The position numbers were made by a program, and so were the translations under genes. DNA of 63,136 nucleotides, the filler included, from Phoronis australis (lineage: Eukaryota; Animalia; Phoronida), in the NCBI GenBank assembly GCA_002633005.1. It is 4 parts of 4 records of this genome, joined end to end, with 100 filler letters (N's around TTAATTAATTAA, not from the genome) between each part and the next. Parts side by side here need not be neighbours in the genome. Positions count along the whole stretch, not along the records: positions 1 to 25,104 come from NMRA01000737.1; positions 25,205 to 35,905 come from NMRA01001739.1; positions 36,006 to 49,357 come from NMRA01001591.1; 1 more part is not named here. The stretch is one strand, 5' to 3'. Within the stretch, counting starts at the first letter, position 1, and every line of letters begins with the position of its first letter. The notes below the pieces were generated by a model. That model worked only from the letters and a program-made list of their open reading frames with translations. It made no database searches and was not told the DNA's origin. Shown one piece after another: positions 24,846 to 38,220 of this stretch.

Positions 24846-25308
24846 TGTAACAGGAGTGCCCTGGACATGATTATGTAAGTGAGATATATGCGCCCTCTAG
24901 TGGTCAAGCTGTGTATTACGTATGGAATTTTCCTATGATGTTGAGTCCTTTGGACATGGCCAAATATGGTCAGAAGCTAGGAGCTAAGGGCCTTGCCCTT
25001 CAGATCGTGTCTGATTGGTTGAAATTGTGTACTTAAGCTTTGTCTCTGTCAGACACGAGGAGTCCAGTCGCAGAGTTCAAGAAGCAAACATGTACACCTT
25101 CACTNNNNNNNNNNNNNNNNNNNNNNNNNNNNNNNNNNNNNNNNNNNNTTAATTAATTAANNNNNNNNNNNNNNNNNNNNNNNNNNNNNNNNNNNNNNNN
25201 NNNNACCGGCCTTTTTGCACTGACAGTATGCATTCAACGTTATCTCAGTTTGTAAATAAACGCATCATATCCGACTATTCCGTGTGTTCAAAGCCTATGG
25301 CTCCTACA
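24846..25308 (+). mobile_element. Possible LTR spanning an assembly gap
   Basis: Starts TGTAACAGGAG, ends CTCCTACA, AATAAA near the 3' end; no matching TSD. Confidence 0.35.
25105..25204. other. Assembly gap with artificial linker
   Basis: 44 N + TTAATTAATTAA + 44 N. Confidence 0.97.
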
Positions 25309-25536
25309 CCTGTTTTCTTTTAGATAATACTGTATAAAATACAGACAAGAGACATTCCAAATTAATGAATGTCATCACGGTCAACTGACTACAAATTTTT
25401 CTACTTATTTGACCTGTAAACAAACTGTGCAACTCAACACATCTCAATCAATCACAAAACAGATTAGGCTCAAAATGAAGTTATGTATTTTCCAGGGAAT
25501 CACAAGAAAAAACATCTCTTGTGGTCAAGTACCTAC

Positions 25537-25619
25537 TTTTTCTGAAAGTGTCTCCAGAATTACTTGCAGTATGTCCACTCGATCATAACACATTCCCGCA
25601 AATATTCCATTCAAAAAAC
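25537..25619 (-). CDS. URB1: URB1/NPA1 exon ((G)FLNGIFAGMCYDRVDILQVILETLSEK)
   Basis: ttttgcag acceptor, gtaggt donor, phase 1-0; resembles the vertebrate URB1 N-terminal region as recalled. Confidence 0.8.
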
Positions 25620-26070
25620 CTGCAAAAAGCATGATTGTACCAATCACTGCCCTGAAGAAACATTGCTTCCACAATCTAAACATCATAATAATAAAAATAA
25701 CTTGTTCATAACCCATGTTAGTACAGTGTTCACTTAACTGAGTTATGAGAGCAGTAGACTCTCAACCGTTAGATTGTGAGTTCAATCCTTGGCTGCTGCA
25801 AAATATTTCTTACATAAAATTTGTCTTGAGCAATACAATAAAGTGTACCGTTCCACTTAACTAAGCCGTACAAACAAATACATCCAACAATGTCTGAGGA
25901 ATCAAAAGGCTCAACAGGTTGTGTAACAGAAGCCCAGGTTACTTTAGCAACAATCCACAGTGTTTGATGGCTTGTGAAGGGATTTATGTTTAGTTGTACA
26001 AAATATCTAATTGGAAAACATTTTTTTTTCTTGAAAATAGCTACCTGTCACCTTTCAAACAAAAACTGAC

Positions 26071-26167
26071 CTTTTTGTTCCACCAACGTCCGTATGACTA
26101 GATTGTCACCATAGACCAGGAAAGACATAATGAATTGGAGTAGACATGTGCGTACATCCTGTGGATC
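26071..26167 (-). CDS. URB1: URB1/NPA1 exon (DPQDVRTCLLQFIMSFLVYGDNLVIRTLVEQK)
   Basis: ctttcag acceptor, gtcagt donor, phase 0-1; DVR..QF..SFL..GD motif of the Npa1 domain. Confidence 0.85.
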
Positions 26168-27038
26168 CTGAAAGAACACAGCTTGTCTTGAGCAGGATCA
26201 CTAGCGAGAATGAAAGGCGTTTTCAAGTCGCTAAACAATTATCAAGATTTAAGCAAGACTGCGAATGAACAACACAGGATCACAACAAATTAAGGAGAGT
26301 ATTATGGCAAACATGCATGATGCTATAACGAGGTTTTAAACAAATTTTCAAAGTTTCCACTTTTAAAGTTCGTTTATATTGAAGCTCATAGACACTGCTT
26401 TAGACGTGTGAAATCATAACAAACATATTTTATCTTAAAGCAGCGATAAACCTGCCTTCTCTAACAAAAAAACAATATTTTTGTTTCATAGACTTGTAAC
26501 ACAATCTTTAAATAGTTAACTTTCAAACAGTCTGAACTTTTGTGGCCAGACAGAATCTGAATAGAACGGCTTTAAAAACCATTGACAAACTTCCACTTCA
26601 CTTAGGGCTGTTCCAGCAAAATCTGTGTAGGAGGGGGGGAAGGCAACTGAAATAAAAATTTATGGGTGGTTGCGCTTGATTTAAATTCCAAATGGCTGGT
26701 GGTCGTACTTCAAAAAAATAAAAATTTACAGGTCGTTGTTGTTTCATTGGGCCATAAATGTTTGATGGTGGGTAATTTTAGTAAATTTTATAAACAATCC
26801 GCACAGAACCAAAACTGAAACAAAAATGCAACTTGCAAAAAGCTCTGACTTTTTCACGCCCTCCGATCTCCTCATCGGCATGCCCATAACACCATTTAAC
26901 CACAGGTGCTCGAATTTCTCGATGGCTAATAACCATATGTAAGAAACATATGTTTTCTTAGTAATGAATGACGTTAGTGGTGATGGAGGAACAGATAAAC
27001 TCAAGCGCCTGTGCAGTCAACCACAAGAACAAAAAAAA

Positions 27039-27115
27039 NNNNNNNNNNNNNNNNNNNNNNNNNNNNNNNNNNNNNNNNNNNNNNNNNNNNNNNNNNNNNN
27101 NNNNNNNNNNNNNNN
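27039..27115. other. Assembly gap (77 N)
   Basis: N run without linker. Confidence 0.97.
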
Positions 27116-29569
27116 CCGAGCCTGCAACAGCAAATGCCTAAATACCCGAGGGTGGAAACTGATTGGTGGGAACGAACCACCTCCGCACGTGACCTCACAA
27201 GTGCGCCGGGATTGGCTGTAAAAACCCGCGCTGCATAATGTGTGAATGACTAAGATGCGTTCCCAGGGATTAGAGCGGGCAGCGAGTGCAACTCGAAAAA
27301 CCCGGGTGTAACCGGGAAGCGATGGCAACCGACGAACAAAAGAGTGTCAGGATCGCTGGCGTCGACAGTGCCGAGCACAAAGAGGGCACATTCGGTGCAA
27401 AGGTCAAAGGCGTGTACAAAGTGGTAAACAATGTACAGCTGTGCGTGGGTATGACGTAACGTGTCAGTACAGTGAGGCACACAAAGAAATACTTGACTGA
27501 TGAGTCATGCGAGCCTCATGTGCGCTGTGCCAAAAGCCCAAATGTGAGTGTTAAATACGCAAAGAGTTAAGCGTACGAGGATAGAACAACTATCAACCAC
27601 TCCACATGGTCCGTGTCGAGTCACGGAAGCCCCAAAGCAGGTAGGCCTGAAAATACGATAAGGCCAATAGAGAGTCGTAATGCTCAGCGCCGGTAAAACC
27701 GGGCATTGTGTGGCCCGTCGAGTCACACAGAGTCGGTGAGCTCGGTCGGCCAAAACTTCCAAGATGATGATATAGTTGATAAGAAGAAAATGCTCATTAG
27801 CAAAGAGTTATGCAATTGAGCGTGGTCGCGGTGTAACTTGCGCGAAAAAACCTTCCAAAGGAAAAACACGTCTTCCTCTAGAAGATAAGTCCGTGGAATG
27901 GTCCGCTTTGCGCATGTCCGTATCTCATGGTAGTACTCGGGGGAATTCTGGGAGGAATAAAATCAAAAGAACAACAAATTCCTTGATGTATGGATTAGCC
28001 ATAAAATTGAAATAATTAATTGAAGTTGTTTGAAACAACTCGCATATTTGGTGCATGAACAACACAGTTCAAACAGTGATGTTATGGGATAAAAATAAAA
28101 ACATATTAATTTTAAACAATGTGTGAATATCGCATTTTGTAAGATAATCAACAGAGGTTGAAAATGGCTTTACAGCGGAATGTTATCTTAATTATCAAGG
28201 CATATTTTGCTTATTCTTAAGTTGAGTATTAATTTTCGAATCCTTGGAGTCAGTTTTTATGCAAACAATATTAACAATCCTTAGAACTGGAAGTGTGACA
28301 TTGGAAGCAAATCGCCTTATGCAGAAATTGCACCTGATTGGCTGAATGGCCATTACATTAATTTAGTTTTATTCCTTATTTCCGGTATCCTTTCTTGAGT
28401 CAAAGCCAAACTGTTATGTAACTGAGCTGGGATTGACAGGGATATTCCTGACCAGATTAGAACCAGTACCCTTTGAGTGCACCTGATGAAAAAAGTGTTC
28501 CCTTTTTCAAAAAGTTGTGTCCAGCAGATTTAGTGCAATCAAAGCAACAACATATGAAACAGAAACCCCTAGGGCACTTGAAAAAAGATCAGTCGTGTTT
28601 TACCCAAGTTGACTAGAATCTTGCATTTTTGGAAGAGTGTTGCGTTTTAAAAGATGCACCCGGGGGTCACAATGCTGCAACATACTTGAGCCTTTTCATT
28701 TTTTAATGAGCTAATGACAGAAAGGCGCAGTCCAAGAATATCCCTGGATAGAAAATCTGTGAACTTCTCAGACATTGAGCAGTTATCAGAATTGTACTCC
28801 ACATCACAACTTCCTGGTATGGGGAACAGATATTTTTATCAATGTCATACCTTTTACTGCAAAATGAAGCAAAATGTGGCACATTGATCAACAAAGCATT
28901 CAAAAAAGGTAACATTATCAATAAAAGCGTGACAGGACAGGCCATATTTTAGCAACTGATGTGCTTTGTGGCTCTGCAAAGATCTCACATTGTGTTGTGA
29001 AATGTTGCAAAATTCTAACTGAACCTAACAGAGGCTCATCATAAGGGTTTGTGCCAAGTGGATGATTGTCACACATGACATCCAATCTCAGAACATGAAA
29101 ATGATTTGCGATTTACAAGCTTCGCAAATACGTTGCATCATTAATTTAATGGTATAAAATTTCAAGAAGTCCAATACGCTATTCATGCTACACCAATCAT
29201 GTGCTACAAAAATCAAAGGCACACTAGAAGAAATTATGCATGAGCTGGTGAACACCTTAGGAAAGAAAAAAATGAAAATCTGAAGAGAAAATGCAGTAAG
29301 CTTGAGGGACATTTGTGCACTGCAATAGTAGTTGCCGCAGTCATGGTAGTAGCGGCAGTAGTAGCAGTAGTAGTAGTAATACACTTTATTCATGTTAAGA
29401 CAAAAATAAAATTAGTACAAATTAAAGCTTATGGAGACTCCGTGAAGGACCCAAAGGGTGTGCTGACCACGGAGCCACCAGAGAAACCACGGAGCCACCA
29501 AATAGGACACACTGATCGGCAATACTTGTAAAGAGATTTCAGGATGAAGCCCGAACACTAGTTACAAAC

Positions 29570-29735
29570 CTTTGATATGGCTCGACTTATTGCTCTGCCT
29601 CAGACATGTCATCAGCGCCCCCATGTGGTGGGTAAGAACATTGTGTACAATAGACAGGGACACAGAGGAGAACTTCTTCAGGTCATCAGCTGTGCGTATC
29701 AGAATACACTCCAACGCCCCGAATATGAAAGACAG
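29570..29735 (-). CDS. URB1: URB1/NPA1 exon (LSFIFGALECILIRTADDLKKFSSVSLSIVHNVLTHHMGALMTCLRQSNKSSHIK)
   Basis: gttctag acceptor, gtttgt donor, phase 0-1; E.IL.RTA.DL..F motif. Confidence 0.85.
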
Positions 29736-30075
29736 CTAGAACAGCAAACATAGATTAAAATATAAATTACGTCCACAAAAACAAGCCTTAAAACCAATGA
29801 TATATTCAATTTTCAAATTATAACACATTACCCCAAATAACACATCATTGTACAGTATTAAACAATATATTATGAACACTGACCAAACAGCACAATAAGC
29901 ACATGTAAGAAAAGAAAATTAAAACAAATTAGTTGTCACAACAGCCACAAAGGCAGAGCTTCGCCATTTCTCATTATATCATAAACCACGGGAGAGCAAG
30001 CAGCAATATTTGACGATTTTTCACATGAAACACAACAGAGGATAACTAGAGGGCTTGATTGGTGGTATCAATTTT

Positions 30076-30500
30076 ACATGGCATGTATTGACCAATAAAT
30101 ACATGGCATGTATGGACCAATAAATACATGGCATGTATTGACCAATAAATACATGGCATGTATTGACCAATAAATACATGGCATGTATTGACCAATAAAT
30201 ACATGGCATGTATTGACCAATAAATACATGGCATGTATTGACCAATAAATACATGGCATGTATTGACCAACAAATACATGGCATGTATTGACCAATAAAT
30301 ACATGGCATGTATTGACCAACAAATACATGGCATGTATTGACCAACAAATACATGGAATGTATTGACCAATAAATACATGGCATGTATTGACCAATAAAT
30401 ACATGGCATGTATTGACCAATAAATGCATGGCATGTATTGACCAATAAACACATGGCATGTATTGACCAATAAATGCATGGCATGTATTGACCAATAAAT
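30076..30500. repeat. 25-bp minisatellite, 17 copies
   Basis: (acatggcatgtattgaccaataaat)17. Confidence 0.97.
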
Positions 30501-31752
30501 CCTCATAACTTGATATCAACTTATTACCATATTTTGGGATAATGGTTGTAGGTGTTCCAGTTTGACACCTACTCGGTTGGTGGGATGATTTTTTGGTATT
30601 TTTGATGTGAAATTGGTGTTTTTAAACACTGAAAAAGAATTCAAGAATAAAGTCAAATACTACAATGCCACTTCATTTTTGTATGCGCTATGGCATCCTG
30701 TAAGCATACTTCTCAAAACTTGGTAAAAATCCCCTCGGAATATAGGAGTTGGGCACAGACGAGCATTCCCATACTTTCTCCATGGATGGATAAAATTCAT
30801 AAGCTGGCCAAACTTCAGTCAAATTGCACTACGGCACTTTACAGGCATACTATATATAAGTTTAAAGTTCCCTTTGCAATGTAGGAGTTGTGCAATTTCG
30901 TACACGGATGGTGAAAATCAAGAACACGACAAAACTCAAGTGTTAAACTAAATAGAATTAAATTACAAATACCCACAACAGGGACTCATGTAGCAGTGAT
31001 CATAGCCATGATTGGGATGGTCAGTTTAAAAAAAACAAGGCTTGGACAGCATGGCCAAGACAGAAAAAGGGCAGCCTGTTTCAAGATGAGCTAAGAGAAA
31101 ACGACTGCTTAACGAAGAATTTTAACATTAATATCTAACAGATAAATTGCACTGAAACTTAAAATTCATTGTTTTAGTTCAATAAATATTCAGACAAATC
31201 AAAATCACAGACTATTACTATCTATTTTTATCATACATGTCATATAGACCTTTGGCAAATGTTGGTAGATACGTTTTCAGAGGAATACCTCCCTGTCCTA
31301 TGAAGTCAACTAGGTGACCTTGTAAGGAATCCCTGCACATGGTGAGTGTCAATCTAGCAAACTGGGACCCCAGTTTTTCAAATCCTAGACGGGTCCCTGA
31401 CTCACAATATGCTTTAAGATATTTTGTAAGAAAACTTTACCAAACATTGATCAAAATACCATGTAAAATGTAGGAGTTGAACACTTTTCAACATGGGAGA
31501 GTGAAAAAAAGAGCATGCAAAAATTCACAAAAAACACACGTCAGACAAATTGTAAAATGTTGGGAACAAAGTTTACACTGCTGCACTTCATTAGTATACT
31601 TTTGGTTTGATCAAAAACTGTCGAGAAATGAAGGTGAAAACAGATTCTTTGCACGGACAAAGACTAATGCTACCTACCGTGACTATATCTCTTCCCCTTC
31701 AGCATGAGATAGTTAATCAATTGATTCTTTGTCAAACAGTAACCGTAATTAC

Positions 31753-31892
31753 CTCTGATGGCTTTCTTTGTCCTGCCTCCAGAACTAGCAGAATTTCATG
31801 AGCGTCCTTCGTTGACTGGCAAAACGAGGCAACCAAGTCATAGTTTGTATTGTCAGGAAATTGATTAGCAGTCTCTATGAACTTTTCAAAAC
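31753..31892 (-). CDS. URB1: URB1/NPA1 exon ((G)FEKFIETANQFPDNTNYDLVASFCQSTKDAHEILLVLEAGQRKPSE)
   Basis: attacag acceptor, gtaatt donor, phase 1-0; joins in frame to 29570-29735. Confidence 0.82.
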
Positions 31893-32248
31893 CTGTAATG
31901 GGTCAACATGAACGCATCCAAAATGAAATAGATGATCATAGTACTATTTAAAGTTATAATGAAATATCTCTCTAACGTTGTGACTATTTACCATGATTGT
32001 TGAATGCCAGTAAACAGGGTAATTTCACAATATTTTATGTGTAATGCGGGGGACAATTCAATAATTATTTGAAATTTTCAGAATTAACAAACTTAAAAAA
32101 CTTGAAACTACCAGCTAATCTTGCTTAAGTGTCAATACCTGTGATAAGTTTAAAAAATTCAAGACTTGCTCTGTTATGAGTAGTACATAAAGCATGAGAG
32201 GAGACTAAAAAATTGCAAATTTTGAATTATGGAACATAGGTGTGTACC

Positions 32249-34577
32249 CAGGGCTCGACATAATGAGCTGCAGGTCGAGTTTGCGACCTGAAATGTGGAA
32301 ATGCGACCTGAGATTTTTGTCAGCTCGTATCAAGTAGCAAAATGCGACCTGGAATTTCCAAGGTATGCCAGCTGAGTTTTTACACTTCTTGAAAGATACC
32401 TGGTAAATATAAAGCAACTTTTGTTAATACGACCATTATTTGGTTGTTGCCAAATCTTAGTTCAAAAGAACACTAACCGAAAACAGCCCTCTCGATGACT
32501 TGTAAGCAAGTAGCGTGAACATAGGACAATGCAGAATCGATCTTTGATGCGTTTCATTGGCTAACAATTTCGGCCACTTTTGCAAACTTCCGGATTCGCC
32601 GAAGAAAGTTTCGGGCCACTGCATAACACGTGATAAAACGTCAAAAACAGCGGTGTTTCTATTAATTTTTAAGCGATCAACTTACCAAACTTTGTGGTGG
32701 ACAAATATGTTTATTTTTAGCATAAGATGTCCTTATTTCATGTATCAAATATCCACAACAATATCCCTGATATCGCATTGCGGCACTGGTCGGTGCCGTT
32801 GTTAGAGCGCAAGCGGTTCCGGAAGACAATCGTGACTTAGGGATGTGTGTCTCATTTTTTTATCGCATAAGACAGCCAAAGTGAAAATGACAACCCTATT
32901 AATCGCCAAACGACGGCTACATCTTTACTTTCAGTTGCCAAGAAATTCTTAAACCCCTTTACTCGTTTCTAAGGCTACGTGCCCGAAATATGATTTGCCT
33001 TTCACATGTTGCGAACGTAAAGTGTAGGCCTACAACAGCGATTCAAGTGCTTGAACTCACACGTGCGCACCACTTCAAACCTGCACATCAAAAGAGAACA
33101 GTGACAGTCCTAAATGAAACAGTATACCGGCTTGGCTCCACTTAGCACCCAGGTACGTGCCAATGGTTTATTTGAAAATGAAGTCATATATTTCCAGTGG
33201 CTGTAAAAGACCCGATGCTTTACGTCATTCCCCGGGACCAATATATCTGGTAACCCAGAACTGATATTTTCCTGTGACAATGTTTCCCGAAGGTCAAAAT
33301 GGTTAGCGAACTTTTTATTCATCCCCTCTCCCCCCCTCCCCCGGAAACTTTTTGCTCCCCGGACCACAGTCGAAGCGGGCAATTAAAACCAAAATTACTC
33401 TGGGTGGCTAAAAAGGGTACAGTGGAGGTGGAAACGATATCCAGTAAGTTTCCTCTATTAGATGGAGTTTGCCTCGCAAAATCATATTATTTCTTACCAT
33501 TGCAGTATTTTAATATCTTATTACCGCAAACACTCAGGTTAACAACTATGGTCACACACAAGCCTACTTCCTACCTTTCACTGATCTACTAAGCGTTCTC
33601 CTTCAAAATTTGAGAATTTCCAATTAAGCGCACTAGAAACGACCGCGTGTGGTTTAAATTTGTCACGCTGCCTTTTTTAGTGTGTCACACTCATTTTACA
33701 CAAATTCAGTTTTCAAAAAACGTCTTTTCTTAATATGTAAAAATCAAATCCCGGCTTTGTTTCATACCTCCGAAAGCAAGTTAACACAAGTGACAAGCGT
33801 GTCGTTTTGTGACTGACCTATTTTCCCCGTACTTGGAAGGTATTGAGGAGCAAACTCGAATTACCCGATAGAAACTTGCACGGACTCGGGAATTATTTTG
33901 AGGCTATTCATTTCATGGAAAACTAATTGTTGAGTACTTAAACAGCATCAAGACCACATTTTTGTTGTGAAATTTGCACTGAATTGTTTCCGGGCATCCA
34001 AATACGTCATTTGGTTACGGCATAGTTTCACGGATATTTTTCGACAGATGTTTTTCAAACGTCGAGTTAAGTTGCAAAATTTGAGCTGCAAACAGAAAGT
34101 GGAGGGAATTTGCACTCCGAGTTAGTTTGGATCTACTACTTTGATGACAATCAGTAGCAGGTCAGACCTATCTAAATCACGGATACTTTTTCAATGGGTA
34201 TTTTATCCCTTTTCACATCGCAAACTTAGCTACTCGAATGCATGTGTCAGTTAGAAAGCACTGATTCAACTTTCACGTCGGCAACTTGCCTTGCGCTCTA
34301 GAGCCTTTCAATGGAGGTCGTGAAGAACAGTAACACCTTACCTGCACGAAAGAACTCCATTTTGCGATCTGCAATTTGTGTGTATTTAACACTGCAGGTA
34401 AGAGCACAATCTAAACATTTTCTCGATCATCTAAGAAGTCAATTTTGGCACGTAAAAATGGCAGGAAAATTCTGAGACCTGGCATTTGTGAATGCGAGCT
34501 GGATTTTAAAAATGCGACCTAGGATTTTGGCTAGGTTGCAAAGTGCGACTAGGCGATTTTCATAGCATCGAGCCCTG
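32249..34577. mobile_element. Non-autonomous hAT5-like DNA transposon
   Basis: TIR CAGGGCTCGA ... TCGAGCCCTG, subterminal tgcgacct repeats at both ends, 5-bp TSD GTACC. Confidence 0.8.
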
Positions 34578-35905
34578 GTACCCCTTTTCTTGCATTGACT
34601 TGGCCTAAAACCAGAACCATTAACAATAGGCATACCAGTACCACCATCTGAACTATGTCCGCTAAGCTGGCTCAGATGGCGGCCATCCCATAGGTGCACC
34701 ATTAGTCAGAAGCTTTTAAGCAAATTACACCTGACACTGACTAAGACTTAGTAATAGTCTCATTTCCAGCAGCACGGATAACTTTTACTGACCTGAAAGG
34801 CAGGTTCAACCGGCTACTTTGAAATCAGTGAAGATTTAACAATCTAGTGTTTTGATAAATGCTGTTCTAAAAAGCAATGTTGTACAATTTTCAGGTTTTG
34901 TGCCAAAAATAAAAGGAATGTTCCGATTATTTCATTGTAAATTGCCCACTCAGTTGAAAATCCAGATTTCAAAATGGCAAATTTTGTGTAGTTTGCACCC
35001 ACAACTCTTTGGTTTCATTTGCATAACAATTGGTGCATTAGCTTCTTCTTCTTCTTGGTTCAAGTGACCACACTCTCTCCAGAGTATTATGTCACTGCAT
35101 AACCATTAAGATTAACAAGGACGAAAACATAACAAGTTTAACATAAGCAACGCAGAGCATTGAAATGCGTCCACGAATGGACCACAAACAGTGTGCTTCT
35201 AGGGTTGTTTATTTTTATCATAAAAATGGCCACTAGATGGCGCAAAATACATCAAATCCATCTGAAATTGGAAACAACCCATCATAGAAAGCTATTTCAC
35301 AAATTTCATAAAAATCTGTCAGGGAACTTCAGAGAAACAAAGGAAAACAGAAAAATGAAATTGCTATTAGAGGGCACAGCCTTCGTTGGATCTGTCCAAA
35401 AGTCGTTGTCGCCTGTTGAATATAAATACGCATACTAAATCTAATAAAGATTCTGCAGTGGGTTCAGGAGATACAGCTATGGGTGCAAAAACAAAACTAC
35501 CACTAGGAGGCATCACAGTAGTCGAAGTCGTCGTCAACCGTCCTCTTCACACTGAGAACATATACGCCAATTTTCAAAATCGTCCTTGTCGAGTTGGAAG
35601 GAACTAAAGACATCGACGCCGACGGCCTCATAAGTCTAAGATGTCCCTCTAACTCTAAGTCTAATGCGCAAAAGCAAAAGGTACTTATAACATCAACCAA
35701 AAAGTTTCCGATGTATAAAGCTCCTACAGGAGCTACACCGTCTCTACTGAGCCAGCTACAGAGACGGTGATCACTGTCTAGACTACTACAGTACTACTAC
35801 TAGTACTACACAGTACACAGCACTGTCTTTAGGCAATGACCATCGCCTCTGTTGGCCCGAACCAGAGGCGATGTAGAGGCTATAGGCGCTCTGTACGCCG
35901 GAAGC

Positions 35906-36005
35906 NNNNNNNNNNNNNNNNNNNNNNNNNNNNNNNNNNNNNNNNNNNNTTAATTAATTAANNNNNNNNNNNNNNNNNNNNNNNNNNNNNNNNNNNNNNN
36001 NNNNN
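35906..36005. other. Assembly gap with artificial linker
   Basis: 44 N + TTAATTAATTAA + 44 N. Confidence 0.97.
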
Positions 36006-37361
36006 CCCCTAAATCCGCCTATGGAATTGTCTATTTGCACCATTAAGACATTTAAATTAGGACTACCTTCTTATGAACTTGGCATTTTTTGTAGTTTCAT
36101 TCCATAAAGGTAGCTTTCATTTAATTTAAAGGTAGCATGATCACTAAGTCGTGGTTACAAAAGATTACAAGTCTGGTGTGGTAGTTGCAAAGATAGGGTA
36201 TTTACAAAAATAACTTAAGTTCTTTTTTAAAGCTTCATAAATCTAAATATCATGTTTGAGCAAATTCAAAATGAGCTCTCTCTAACTCTACAGACATAGT
36301 GTATACTAGAGGTACACGTCAAAAAGTAATTCAATAGTTTATTTCTAGTGAAAACAGCTCGACCAAGGCTTTGAGTTCTGGCAGTAGTCCAGTGCCCTTC
36401 CCTGTGCCAATTGAATCTCTGAATTTTGACTGGGAGAGAAGTTCAGTTGAACGCCAGCTTACGGTTTATGAATAACAAAAATGTACATCTGATACGAAAC
36501 AAAATAATGTCCATTAGGTTGAAATAAACAAAAAAACAAAAAAATGTCCTTGAAAACAATTTTAGGGGACTACCGCTAGAGTGTTTAGATCCAGCAGGTG
36601 CCGAGACAAAGGCGGCCAGACGTAGTCAACTCGGGAGTCAAAATCTGAGATAGCCCTGCATCATAGCCACCAAGCTGAAAAGTGCGTATCTTGGAACTAA
36701 TATATTAGTGCTTATAACAGAGTTCGAGTTATCAAGCAACATCGCTAAGTTCAGCTGCTCGTGTGACCGTACAGTTTGATCCATAGTTTACGCTTTTCAA
36801 CATCATTTTTCGGCTTAGGACATGCCAAAAAATGACGGGATATTATTCTGGAGCAGGATAACGGCTGTCGGTGCTATCATATCAACACCGTTTCCCCATT
36901 CTTAGCGGACAATTTCTTGAGCTATAGACTAAAGTAAGTTTTACTCGACTGCGTGTGGTTTGTCGGGTAAAATGTCGGCTTGGAAACGCAGACGAAGGTG
37001 TGCCAAGAATACTGCGTTCTGATTGGTCAATTAAGCCGTCCGTCATAATCTTGGCGATAGGTCAAATGGACTGGATGTTGCTTAAAGTCGCCAATGTTTT
37101 GTTTACATCAAAGGTCAAAGGTTACACTTTCCATATAAGGAAAATGTGCAATGCCAATGTCTCGCCATACCAAATACGGAGACGTGCTTCGTCTTGTGGG
37201 AGAAAAATCGACTAAGTCGCGAACAGTTGACTGATCGTTTTTTGTAATTTGAAACTAAAATAAAATTGCTTTGAAGTCAATAGAAATTCAAAATTTTTAC
37301 GAACAAAATGCCTGGTGAACAGGTTGAATTAAGTTTCAGTAGCAGAGACCCTTTTTGAATA

Positions 37362-38220
37362 GGGTTGTTAAAAAACCTCGACCCCCACACCCCACAACCC
37401 TCTCGACCCACGACCCTCTCGACCCACGATCCCCTCGACTCACGACCCCCTCGACCAACGGCCCACAACCCCTCGACCCAGTCTACACAAGCTCGACCGG
37501 ATCTGAACATAGAACAAGCGCTGACTTACAGGACCAATGAGTCGAGACGTGAGCTCATCTGGCTTTTCCTTTTTTGTAATTCAGAGAGTCGATTCGGCAA
37601 GTTAGAAAGCCAAAAACAGAAAAAAAAAACAACGCTATTAAATCAAAGACCTACCAACGTTACAAATGTCGTTTCCGGCAAAGTGTAATCGTCTCGTCTG
37701 CTCTTCAGTGAATGGCAGATTCAAGTTTTTTTGACAGTGTGCGAGGAACCGACGAATATGTAATTTATTCAGTAAATACAGTTTGAAAAAAGCAAACTTT
37801 TAACTAAGAAGTATCTCAACGTTACATAAACAAGTATAGAACAGAAAGTAAATAATAAAAATGCGAATTTATGGCCATTAACGTTAACGTTCTCTCTCCA
37901 TAGGTTTAGTAGAAAGAACGGGGTCATTGGAACTATTTCCGCGACAACAATAGCCCGCTCACAATTAATTCGCTATTTCAGATCATGTTCTTACGCCACT
38001 TTCTGTTTTTAACCGCCGCATTGATTCAGAGCAGATTCGCGTGTGGGTAAGTCTTATGGGAAAGTAATATGATTATGATGCAAAGAAACTTCTATTGCCA
38101 CCGATCGTGAGTCGAGGGGGTTGTGGGTCGTGGGTCGTGAGTCGTGGGGGTTGTGAGATGAGGAGGTCGTGAGTCGAGGGGTCGTGGGGTGTGGAGGTCA
38201 AGGGAGGTTTAGAACAATCC
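37362..38220. mobile_element. Foldback/Mutator-like non-autonomous element
   Basis: Imperfect TIRs with inverted arrays of cctcgacccacga subrepeats; 9-bp TSD TTTTGAATA. Confidence 0.82.

Noticed and set aside
25149-25160. TTAATTAATTAA centred in N runs (also 35950 and 49402)
   Set aside because: Identical 44N-12-44N layout three times; a six-frame-stop scaffolding linker, not biology.
30076-30500. CRISPR-like regular repeats (also 16090, 21307, 9195)
   Set aside because: Head-to-tail units without unique spacers, eukaryotic context, no cas genes.
30021-30519. Three overlapping 136-161 aa minus-strand ORFs
   Set aside because: Produced by a stop-free 25-bp minisatellite in a URB1 intron.
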